Below, piece by piece: positions 37,417-48,931 of a stretch of 63,330 nt of DNA. The notes below the pieces were generated by a model, which did no database searches, was not told the DNA's origin, and saw only the letters and a program-made list of their open reading frames with translations. Position numbers and translations under genes: made by a program. The number at the start of each line of letters is the position of its first letter. Position 1 is the stretch's first letter. Origin of the DNA: Bigelowiella natans CCMP2755 (Eukaryota > Protista > Cercozoa); contig ADNK01001089.1 of the NCBI GenBank assembly GCA_000320545.1, positions 1 through 63,330 on the forward strand. Reading direction: 5' to 3'.

Positions 37417-38694
37417 TTAGTGTTGCTGCTGAAGATATACTACTAGGGACAGTAGTAAGACAATCGCATCGAAGGTTAATCTCTGAAACAATGGTTTTGA
37501 GACACCAAATATTTTTTCTTTCATTGCGGCGCGGCGACGGGTGTAAGTAAGAGTTTTAAATTTTCCAGAGTGATCCTCACCTAGAGCTTTGACCACTCCC
37601 TCCAAATGCGCTCGTCCTACGACACCGACTACGCATTTGCAGCCATTCACAGCCATGGATGACTTCATAGTTAAACTAAGAAAGATATCTCTCTCCGTGA
37701 TCAGCGGCAATAGAAGATTCGGAATATACTCTTGTAGCTTCATTTCATATTGCTGAAGTATATCTTTCCCCTCATCAGATAATGCTGTTGATATTGTGTC
37801 CATGATCTCATTTTTACCGGCTGCCTTGATTTGCTGAACACTTTCCAGGATGAGCACAATCAGCTTCTTTCGCTCGGCCCATGTCATAGCTTCCCAGGCC
37901 CTTTCTAGTGTGATTTCAATAGGCCTATCCCCCAATACAATTTGAGCTCCTACATCCTCTGCCGCACGCCTTGCTGCTCTGAAATCAACCCCTGACTTAC
38001 TCATTATTTCGACCGATTCAGGAGAGGTTTGTGCCATCAATGAGCGAAGAACTAGAGCCGGAAATCCTCCCAGCTTAAGTGACCTTTGGAGTGCTGCTTG
38101 GAAATTATTTCCAGACATGCTCAGGGAGTTAATACGCATACCATTGGCTGACTGATCTCCTCCCTCCGTGGTGCCTTCATCATCAATGTATAGAGTTGCA
38201 GATCGGCTCCTGCACAGCTCCACCACGACGTTATCAGGATCTACTGTCCTTATCACGCGTGCCACATCTTTTGCTGACTGGTCCGACACGTGTGCAGTAC
38301 CAATAATATATATTTCTTCTGGTTCAACGTGGCCAGAGGAAGTTTTGGAGTTGTGGCCAGATCCACGAGCGCCAGGAGCCATTTGATTCGTGCTTCGTCT
38401 CCAGATCCTAAGAACGCCACGGTCCACCAAATCCTGAAGATCCTTCAAGTGAGACGGTAGAATTTTGGTAGAATCTTGTTTCTCCTCTAGATACTCATTC
38501 TTCGATGGGTAGTCCGACATTGTAGACTTTACAACTGGCATCCGTAGTGGCGGTGGACACGTCGCCTGTTTCTTGTTGTTGGACGTTTTACGAGCATTTC
38601 GGTAAAGTAGATGTCGATGAGGAAGGCGGCTTCGAAAACCATCTAGCGCAATAATGAGTAAAGAGAAGAGAGTAAAAGATAAAATTGTGCGCAT
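37417..38694 (-). CDS. TraB/PrgY/GumN family (TraB domain) protein with bipartite targeting peptide and C-terminal TM; intronless
   Basis: IYIIGTAHVS...V..VI....PDNVVVELCRSR, GVDFRAARRAAEDVGAQIVLGDRPIEITLERAW, LITERDIFL, VVGVVGRAHLEGV. N-terminal signal MRTILSFTLFSLLIIALDG. Confidence 0.93.
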   Translation of the reverse strand: MRTILSFTLFSLLIIALDGFRSRLPHRHLLYRNARKTSNNKKQATCPPPLRMPVVKSTMSDYPSKNEYLEEKQDSTKILPSHLKDLQDLVDRGVLRIWRRSTNQMAPGARGSGHNSKTSSGHVEPEEIYIIGTAHVSDQSAKDVARVIRTVDPDNVVVELCRSRSATLYIDDEGTTEGGDQSANGMRINSLSMSGNNFQAALQRSLKLGGFPALVLRSLMAQTSPESVEIMSKSGVDFRAARRAAEDVGAQIVLGDRPIEITLERAWEAMTWAERKKLIVLILESVQQIKAAGKNEIMDTISTALSDEGKDILQQYEMKLQEYIPNLLLPLITERDIFLSLTMKSSMAVNGCKCVVGVVGRAHLEGVVKALGEDHSGKFKTLTYTRRRAAMKEKIFGVSKPLFQRLTFDAIVLLLSLVVYLQQQH

Positions 38695-39306
38695 TCCCCC
38701 CCCCGGCTCCCTCCTTGTAGCCAGCCGAGGTGGCGAGGAGCGCCAAAAGAAATGGTCCCAACTCGTCGTTCAAAAACCGCATGAATTTGGCCCTTGCGAC
38801 ATCGCAATGACTCTGAATTCTGTGTTGTCCAGTCGCAGTGTGTTAATGCGCTTGTGCTTCACTTAGAATTTTTCCCCCACGTTTTGTGTAGGACGACAGG
38901 GCGGTTTCAAAGGCCAGCTATTTAACGGCTTATCGGACAAATGAGGCCCCGTTTACAAGCTACTACCTACTACCTGATCGGAGAGCGACTACGACGACAG
39001 AAGAACAGATCTCGGGTCGCCGTGCGGGGAGGGCGGATTTTTCCACTAAAATCCCTTGTCCGTGTGCACCCTAGGAAATTTGCGCAAAGTAGGAGCGTCG
39101 GAACGAGCGAATTTGCATGTTTGCAAAATTTCGTTTGCACCGTTGAAAATTTGCGTAGGTCGTGTCTCATTCATTCATTCATTCATTTATGCCTTCATCC
39201 CACTGGATTGATAGGCTCCTGCGTAGTTGGTATAGCGAGGCCAAAAGGAAGTAGGCGTGCTGCCGGCTACAAGCTGCAGTGGCCAGTAGGCTTCTGAGAA
39301 GTGACT

Positions 39307-40847
39307 ATGGAACGCATAGCTCATTTTTGTGCATCTGTAAGTGTCTGCGCGATGGGGTTATGGTTTATTACTACATCTGTTCTTGCCCATGTGACTGTTG
39401 TTTTACTTTTTAGAATGCTTGCAGTACAAGTTTTCGCCAAAGCTTCCTTCTGGACGGCCGCAAAGAGAAGTTTATATTCTGGAGTTTGCTGGGATGCTCC
39501 CTTCTGCTGATATTGGGAAATCTTTACGTGAACTTTCTTACTATCAAAGAAGCATACTCCAGCCCGGGAACCATCGTGAGCACTGAATTCCTAACGGAGT
39601 ACCAAGAGTTCGGCACACTATTGTGTATGCGCAAGATGGGATTTGCACGTGAATGCCCCAATCCCGACCTGCCGTTTGCAAGCCCAGACGGGAACGTTTA
39701 CATTGGTGCTTCACGACAGATGATACGTCTCAACACCACTCGCACAGAAATCAACGTCTTCGACGATATACCCACAATCGAAATGGAAAAAAGCTTTCCG
39801 GGTACTTTGGGATACCTCCTCAAAACGTGCTGGAAGCTGGATCCATTCTCCAGCACAAAGGGGGCTCGCTACGAGCTATCGAAGGACTACAACAAGGCCC
39901 TTTTGACACCCGAAGTGCTACAGTTCAACCTCGGTTGGATAAATGGTAGCTCAAGATTCCAGCGTAATTCACCATGTACTCGAATGTACCTCATCGCCTA
40001 CAGCAATGGTGTAGATGATATAGAGTCGAGGATGAACGACGAAGCGAATACAGCCGTCCCGGTTGATGTATGGAACACACTCGTGCAGAGCCAGCCGAAA
40101 GTGAAGAAAACAATAAAACTAGATGGAACTGTCACCCATCGAATCCAGCTCGAAACAATGGCCGTTTCGTCGTTACAGGTAGAAATCAATTTGAAATTGA
40201 GCATTTCTCTTATTCGGGTGTCCAAAGAGTTACGAATGATTTCAGGTAAACGACGAAGTCCTTGGTAACGGTGAGGTGCGGCAGAGATATAAGAAGGATA
40301 TGAAGTTTTCGCTCATGATGTTCAGTCCCAGTGGTTTTGATTGGCAAGTAGAGGTTGAGCATCCATCACTCCATTTCTGTATCTCTTTATTTTATACTCG
40401 TGCGTTTTGTTTTGAAAAATGGTATTTTTTTTGTGGTGGTATTGTATCTTTCTCCCGCAGACGCTCACAGAGAGGCTCACATACACGTGGATGGACTTCC
40501 TTTCGTCATTCTTCGCCTTCCTCACAATCATCACCGGTATTATCGGTTGGTTTTTCCCAAGGGATCCTTACACAGGCAGAGTGTTCTTCCAGTTTGGTTT
40601 CCGCAACGAAACGCTAAAGACGCACTTTACTCAAGCTGTCCCTATGCTGAATAAGGACTGGGACCAAAGCGAATTTATTGCGCAGCCTCAAGGAAATGTT
40701 GTCCAGGGTGGAGTCCAGAGTATATGTAGCGTCCAACGAGTAAACACCCGAAGCGGCGTGCGAGGTGTGAGGTCAAGGTCAAGAGGAAGGCATTCAGTTC
40801 AAGGAGCATCCGGAGCATCCTTTAGCAGAACTTCAATATGTCTGTGA
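39307..40847 (+). CDS. Two-TM membrane protein with a large ectodomain; DEG/ENaC/ASIC- or PAC(TMEM206)-like ion channel candidate
   Basis: Spliced: MERIAHFCAS / NACSTSFRQSFLLDGRKEKFIFWSLLGCSLLLILGNLYVNFLTIKEAYSSPGTIVSTEFLTEYQEFGTLLCMRK...SSLQ / VNDEVLGNGE / FSLMMFSPSGFDWQVE / TLTERLTYTWMDFLSSFFAFLTIITGIIGWFFPRDP... The gene is well supported; the family call rests only on topology and weak motifs. Confidence 0.6.
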
Positions 40848-42076
40848 TCAGAACCTCTTGGACACCGCGAGTATCAGAGGCAGGCCTGTTGTCGAGATCA
40901 CAAGGCGTTGACGAGAAGGAATCTGAACTCCCCGACTGTCACCAGAATTCAGTTCTGGTCGTATGCATGTTAGATCCTCATTGTTGTGATGAATTCAATT
41001 AGCTCTCCATGTGGAGGTCACGTAGGTCTGGGTGTCATTGGTGCCTCATCTTCTTCCCTTTTTCACTAGTCAAGTTGCATATCTAGCATGGCGCGACTTG
41101 TCTCATCATTGTGCAGTTCCTAGTCATTGTTGCTACTAGGCTAATCGCGCACTCCTATTGTCGGAAGCTCTGCCGCAGCCCAGCCTTGTGAAGTCCTCAT
41201 GCTATTGTGCATGCCCACTGGGTGCGCGCACACGTTCTGCGTAGTCACTGCATGTGATCAATTGTCATGATTGCCTAGACGACGAGCACACGCGCGACAA
41301 ATGCTCGAGACTAGTTTGCAAAAGGCGACCCTAACTAGCCATTCCATGCGATGCATTGGCGCCCTCATCGCCGCGCATGTGGACGTGCACAATTACATCA
41401 CCACACATCAGCCGTACTAGTGTGTTAGCTCCATCTAGTGCCATGCAGAGACTCTCTTTCCTTTGCGTGTTGCTCGCCTGCGCAAGACGAGGCGATGCTT
41501 TTTCAACAATCTTTTAATTGCTATAACTTTATTTCCATTATCAGAGTCTGTCACATCGGGTCGTCTAGATTGTGTTGAGCCACACGTGCGCTCGACAGCA
41601 CTCCCTAAGGGCAGCGGGTGGTTAGCGCTGGACAGAGCGGTGCGTGCACAAGGAGTCAAATGTGAACTTGAGTGGTTATTGTTGCCTCAGTACACACTCG
41701 AGCAATTCCTGGCAAGCGTGCACTTGTTGCGCATGATGCACAAGCACATCATCGAGGTTAGATGAAGCGGCATGCATTTGTTGGTATCGATTCTTCGATC
41801 ATGACCTGTTCACGCTAGGCGGCATGTATCAACTATGAAGCAATGTTTAGGTGATTAACAATAATTATACGTTATCATCATTCACATAACGTGAAGGTGT
41901 AACATGTGACTATGTAGAATTAGCTAAGTGATCAACACTGGTAATAACTACCGCAGGTGGTTAAGATTTGGCTGCAAGATAGCATATAAGCCAACACGCT
42001 CGGCATATATCTAATTTTTAATAATCTGAATAAGGATTTAATATCAAAATAAGGCGTCCTGCGACTGCGCTGTGGA

Positions 42077-43446
42077 TTAAGTGCTCAGCAGCGGTATGAA
42101 GCTATATTCTGAATTATCTGGGATAAGTTCTCGGATATCGCGCTGCCCAGAGAAATAGGTGTGGACGAGCTGTGGGACGAGAAAAAGTAGAGCAATGAGA
42201 TGAGTATCCAATGGATGGCGTTTACGTTAAAGCCAACACACACACACATACACACACAAATGTAATTCAATGCAAAACAATATGTTATGTTATATGCGTC
42301 TGTGTGAGTACGTGTGAGATCAACATTTCAAGGAGTAGTGCGTGTAGTAGGCTGCTGCTTCTACTACCATTTCTACTTCGGAGTCAATATAGTGCGGCCC
42401 CTTATTAGTGTCTGTACCGCCATATTGCCTGTTTTAATTATGATGATGCTGATGATGCTCATGACAACGATGATGATGATGATGAGAAAGTAAAGAAAGT
42501 GATCTTGCCATATCCAACCGTTTGCGATGAGTACACCTACACGCAGTCTCCATGTACGACAATATTCTCCACTTCTTCAGCTATTTACTGTGCGTTTCCT
42601 TATCTCCTCTCTTTGTTGTCGGTTCCCATATTTTTCAGTCGTTGCTGTTATTGTTTGTTGTTGTTGTTGTGGATTTTCTATTCTCTCCTCCTCCCCCTCC
42701 TTCTCTTCTTCTTCTTCTTCTTCTTCTTCTTCTTCTGCCGACCACTAGATATTATTACTGCCATACGTGGGCAAACACTTGGTCTTGGTGAAAAATGGAA
42801 GTAGCACATTTGAAGGATCGCTGCTCGAGTCTACTTCAATCTTGGCCTGAAAACGTAAGAAGGCGGATACAATGTCATACGCAATGCGATCTGATGACGT
42901 CTCCTCTACTACCCGATGGTATATAATTGACACGCCCCTCGTAATAGAGAGGGTATTATTATTATTAATATTATTAATATTATCATCATCATATAATTGA
43001 TATGCTCCTCGTAATAAACCAATGGGCGAATGAAGTCATATGGACTATCTCGCATCTCATCTTTGTGAATTGGCCACCTGGGTCCTTTTCGTAAGGACCT
43101 TCTTCAACACGGCCCAAAGCATGGAGAACATCCTTGGAGCTCTCACCACAGAAGCAATACCTGCGAAGAGAACATTAGCAAAACCAGAAGAAGAAGAAGA
43201 AGAAGAAGAAGAAGAAGACAAACGAGGAGGATGAGGAGGAGAGGAGGAGGAGGAGAGGAGGGGGGGAGAATGTGATAAATTCACAATCAGATTCGGGATA
43301 TATAGGTATAGCGCATGCCGTGTCATCAGGGGGCAAAGACCATCAAAGTTCCTTTACGTATCGTCGTTGGGATTTGTGCTGAAAACTCTTCTCACGGCAT
43401 TTAAATCAATGATATTGTTGTATTTAGTGATGAGTCGCTGCTGCTG

Positions 43447-43477
<31 letters not shown>

Positions 43478-43749
43478 CAGTAGTACCCAAGTTCTCTGGA
43501 TAACACACTTGCACAACTGCGCTGCTCGCGGTGAAAATCTGTGAAAGAGAAAGAGAGAGGGAGGAGGGGGGAGAGAGGGGGAGAGAGAGAGGAAGAGACA
43601 ATGAGAGGAAGAAAACTATTCTAGATGGTATCATTTCTCACTCCCCCTCTTTATTATGTGTTTGTATCTTTCTCTTCCTCCTCTTGCGCTCCTTCTCCTC
43701 CCTCTTTTTTCAAAATAATGGAAGTATGAGAGCTATATATTACATGTGG

Positions 43750-43783
<34 letters not shown>

Positions 43784-44002
43784 ACTTGCTTGAGCTTATG
43801 GTCCAACAGTGTGTAAACACCCACGTCCTTCATATCGATAAGCTGATTGGTGAAACCAGCAAGAAATGGGAGAGACAGGATGCAGAAGAGGGAGGAGGAG
43901 TTGGAGGAGGAGGAGGAGGAGGAGGAGGAGAAGGTGTAAACAAATAGGTTATTTAAACAACACGCACATGCACACGCATATGGACGCATGCTCTCCCTCC
44001 CC

Positions 44003-44044
<42 letters not shown>

Positions 44045-44448
44045 CACGCGCACACTCATCTTCTATGTCGTAGTTGTCTGATCATCACTCTTTTGACACA
44101 TACCAAATCACTGTCACGTGGAAGGTTTGTTATCGTCATTTTGTTATTGTAACATGGAAGATAAAATACACTGATATCGGAAGGAGGGGGGGGGGGGAGG
44201 GAGGGGGGCTAGTTTGTACAGACAGGATGCGCCCGCCATTCGATCTTGCCAAATACCTAAGCAACACAGGGATATGCGTGGATGCATTAGTAATATTCAG
44301 TAAATGCTAGGGAGGGATCATACGAAGAGTGATGGGAAATCTTCGACGAATTATTACTGAGAAGAGTACCGATAGGAATTTAGTTTTTGGATGCGAGTAG
44401 TTATATGAACTCTCTCTATCTCTCTCTCTCTCTTACACGCACATAGAC

Positions 44449-44479
<31 letters not shown>

Positions 44480-44963
44480 GGTTGCGAATCAACATATGTT
44501 GCAAATAATAACCCGAGATGCCGCTGGACTAAGAATGCGCTGCATAATTTCGTTAAACATGATCTCCAGCTTCATTATCTGACGACAAACGATAGAAGAG
44601 AAGATGATGATCCATCATTCGTTCAAGATTGTGTGATGACGAGGAGGAGGAGGAGGAGGAGGAGGAGGGGGAGGAGGAGGGGGTACTAGGGACTGTGCTA
44701 ATAAGAATGGAGTATGAAGAAAGGCGGAAAGCGACGAAGAAGAAGAAGAGACAAGAGGAGGAAGGAGATTGGGGGGCGAAGGGACATAACAGCTGTAGAG
44801 GATGGCATGATGAGTAGATAAGAACAACTACAACATACTTACGTCTTCGAGCGTGAAGTTTTGCAATGTCTTCGCCGTTTGTACCAGCCCCAACGGTCGG
44901 ATCATTGTCAGCCACCTGGACGGTGGTGGTGGTGGTGGTGATGGTGATGATGATGATAACGAT

Positions 44964-44998
<35 letters not shown>

Positions 44999-45813
44999 AT
45001 GGACTCGTGCGTATGGTCCCTAGAGCAGCATGTACACAGCCTGCTACTTTTGTGATGATGATGTTGATATGGGTGGTGGCAGAGAACAACCCCTCACCCA
45101 CCACCACCACCACCACCACCAGCACTTGGTTGACGCGACTACTACAAACAACAATAACAGCAATATATTCTTCTTTCTCTTCTCTCTACTAGCTAGCTAG
45201 CTAGCTTTTGTAGCAACCCTTTGTCATCGTAGCCTTGATGATACAGAGGAAAGAGCTCTTTGAAACGGGGATATCTCTCCTATAATTAATATTAGAGCAA
45301 GTAGGGAAGTAGTGTATGAGTGATGATGATGATGATGATGATGACGCTACTGCAAGGAGGCAGCAGTAGAGAAGAAGAAGTAGTAGTAGTTGTCGTAGTA
45401 GAAGTATTTTTCTTGTTTCAACATTCTTAATGTTGTGACATATCCAAGGACCATTGTAAACACACACACGCACACGCACGCACGCACGCATGCATGCACC
45501 GATTGATGGAGTCAGCGGAAACTAATATTACTCACTACGACTCATATCACAACCATCGTAGTGAAGATAACAGAGTCCAAATTATGCTTCTCTCTCAGCT
45601 CTATTGCCTGAGATTAGTGTATGTAGAGGTACATGACGAGAAGAAGAAAGGGAGGAGGAGGAGGAGAGGGGGGGGGGGGGGGGAGAAGGCGGGGGGGAAG
45701 GAGGGGGGCCTTCATTCTCACTCCACCATCACTACTTTCGATGTTTCGGGTGACCACATAGCGCATAGAGACGGGAACAACAGCAACTCCTCCCCCTCCT
45801 CCTCTTCCTCTTC

Positions 45814-45844
<31 letters not shown>

Positions 45845-46262
45845 CACTATTACTACCACTGTTACCTGATGCAGAAGTTTGGTGGCCTTTTGCAAGTTAA
45901 AGCCTCGCGCCATCATGAACCGGCAGCACTCGTGTAAGGACCCGTTGAGATGCCGTAGCCAGGGCTGAATGATCGATCAGAAGGTAGTGGTGCCATAAGC
46001 ACACACCATCACCACAAACAACAACAAGAAGCATCGAAGGACTACTACTACTACTTGCGACAGGAGGAGTCTCATCACCATGTACGATCATCACTAATTA
46101 TCATCATAACAACTCGAGATAGCGTCTTTTCTCGCCATACACACAACCGCTCCATCCCTCCATTCCTCCTCCTCCTCCTCCTCCTCCCAGTTGTTGGTAA
46201 TGCGATTTTGTTTCCGAGTGTCGTTGACGATGTTGTAGTTGTTGTTATTATTCTCGTTGATA

Positions 46263-46297
<35 letters not shown>

Positions 46298-46557
46298 ATA
46301 GTAGTATACGGAGTGGTTGAGTATGTATGCTACCATGTGTTGATCGTCCTTCTTCTGCTCCTCTTTGAAGTCGTTCTTTGGTTGACTCTTCCTCTCTCCA
46401 TCCTTATGTGCATCATGATCACCCTTCTTCTCCTTTCTTTTCGTCTCCACGTCATGTAGAGCTGACCGTACCTTTTTCTTAAATTCCAGCAGAAGCTCTC
46501 TTTCCTTCCCCACTGATATCGTATACGTGAGAATATAAGTGTGCGTAAGTGCGCGGG

Positions 46558-46597
<40 letters not shown>

Positions 46598-48234
46598 TGT
46601 GTGCGCAGGCCTATGATTTGACATGTCTCATCTCTTACACCCTTCAATCATTCACTTCCATCATCTCATCATTGCGTCGTCAGGTAGGCAGCAAGGAAGT
46701 AAGTAAGCAAGTAAGCAGCACAATCACCACCTGTTACATTGAGATCAGCATCATAATGTGTGAAAGGCTGGAGCGCCCCAAACCAGTAGTCCAATACCAA
46801 AGAACGCATTCGCGGGGAAAAGCTGGGGGATGATGATGATGATGATAATGTTAATGATGATGATGATGACTGGTACGATGTTTTGATAGGTTGCTGTCGC
46901 TGTCGTCGTCGTCGTCGTCGTCGTCGTCGTTGTTGGTGGTGTTATGAATCTTTAATCAACAAAAGCGAGAAAGATTTAGTAAAATACTAGCGGCATCGTT
47001 CAGCAGCTCCAGAAGAGATAGAAGACAAAAGTGCATGCAAAATAGCTGATGGTAAGGGCTTCTAATTATAGCACTTTTATAATTGTTAATATATACAATA
47101 ATTCTCGTATATTGATAACACTACTATTGTTGCTACTTCGTACTACTGCTACTACTACTACTACAACTACTACTGCCACAACTAGTACCGTAGTTTGCTG
47201 AGCTCTGCACACGACAGCGCAATACACCAAATTGGGCACAGCTGAGGAGGAAATTCGCCGCCTACATCCTCCTCCTTCTCCCCCCCCTCGTTATTATTTA
47301 TGGAATTAGTATGCCTCCTCCTTGTAGGCGTGTCGTCTACACGACCATAACCATGTTCAACCAATTCTCTGCCATTCTCCTCCCTACTACGATATAGCAG
47401 CTTCGTCTCAGCCCGGCATGGCTCTGAGGCGCTGCTGCTAGATGTGGCGTTGTCGTTGTTTGTCATGTCGCGATTGTGGAGCTGAAACTCGACTAGCCGC
47501 ATGACAATCATTGTACGATTAGTGGTAGTTGTAGTATTATTATTATTAGTAGTAGTAGTAGTCGTAGTAGCAGTATCATCCTCCCCCTCCCACTGCTGCT
47601 GCTGTTGAGAAGAGTCGTTGGGTTGATTTTGATTGCGGTTGAAGAAGAATATGCTGCCACCGCCGCTGCTGCTGGCCACTGAATTAGTCTTTCCATCATA
47701 CTGGGATGAAGAGGGGGTGGTGGTGGTGGTGATGGTCCTGCTGATGGCGCTTCGATTAGTGGAAGCAGCCGATGCCGTCGTTCTGGTGGTATTCATCATC
47801 ATAGTAGTTGGGGAGGCATGCCGGCGGGATGGCAATGCTGCTGATGATGATGATGGCGATGATGGTGCTGAGCCAGCAGAATGGGGGGGGTGGTTGCGCT
47901 TGTGAATGGAGGGGGAGGAGGAAAACAGTGAAAAGAAGGGAGGGGAAGGTGTCTTGGGCGAGGCGCCGGTAGTTAGAGCAGAAGTGGTAGGGTTATATGA
48001 CGATGAGGATGCCGATGATGCCGATGGAAGTAGCGAAGATGATGAACGGTCGCCAACGCTCCTTCGTGCCCTTAAAGTAGCTCCGATTACAATACAAGTG
48101 AAGCCTGCGACAAGCAACAGGAATACTGGCCAGCTGTGCTCCCCTACTATGGCTGCTATGGCGACCGACACACAGGCTATCATCTCTGATCTTCCTGCAG
48201 CAGCAGCAGCAACACCGTGGAGACACCCGCTACT

Positions 48235-48267
<33 letters not shown>

Positions 48268-48882
48268 CCTATGCAGCCCCCCCCCCTCCTCTTGCGTGGG
48301 ATGCTGCTGTTGCTGCTGCTGGTGGGGATGGCGGTAGCGGGAATGGAGACGGTGAATGCTATCGTTGCTTTTACTTCGTTGTGGCTGATGACGATAGGTC
48401 ACCTTGCTTCTAGTGCTACAACTGCTGCTGCTGCTGCCACCCCCATCGCCGTTGCTGCTTGACCAAGCGCGTACACGGGGTGGTAGTTGTAAGGGGTTGC
48501 TATAGACCGCCTCCCTCTGCTCACTGTACTCATCAGTATCATGAGTGTCGTAGCAGCGGCCATATTCGCGGTGCGGTGTAGAAGCGCGAGTTGAGTGAGA
48601 CGACCAGGCCCTCGTCGCCCCCACCATTGAGGAGGCGGCTCCTACCCCACCCGAGTCATAATCACCATCCTCATATAAAGGGAGGCGACTGGTTAAAGTA
48701 AAGCCATTATTCGTTGTTACAGCAGCCTCTGATGAGAATGGTGCTGTTGCTGTTGCTGCTGCTGAAGAAGAAGAAGAAGAAGATGATGATGGCATTTGCC
48801 AGTATCTAAGGAACACACTGCAGGCCATCCCCCTCCTCTTCTGGCTCCTGAGCTCCAATTGCACCTCTCTAAATAGCAATGG

Positions 48883-48931
<49 letters not shown>

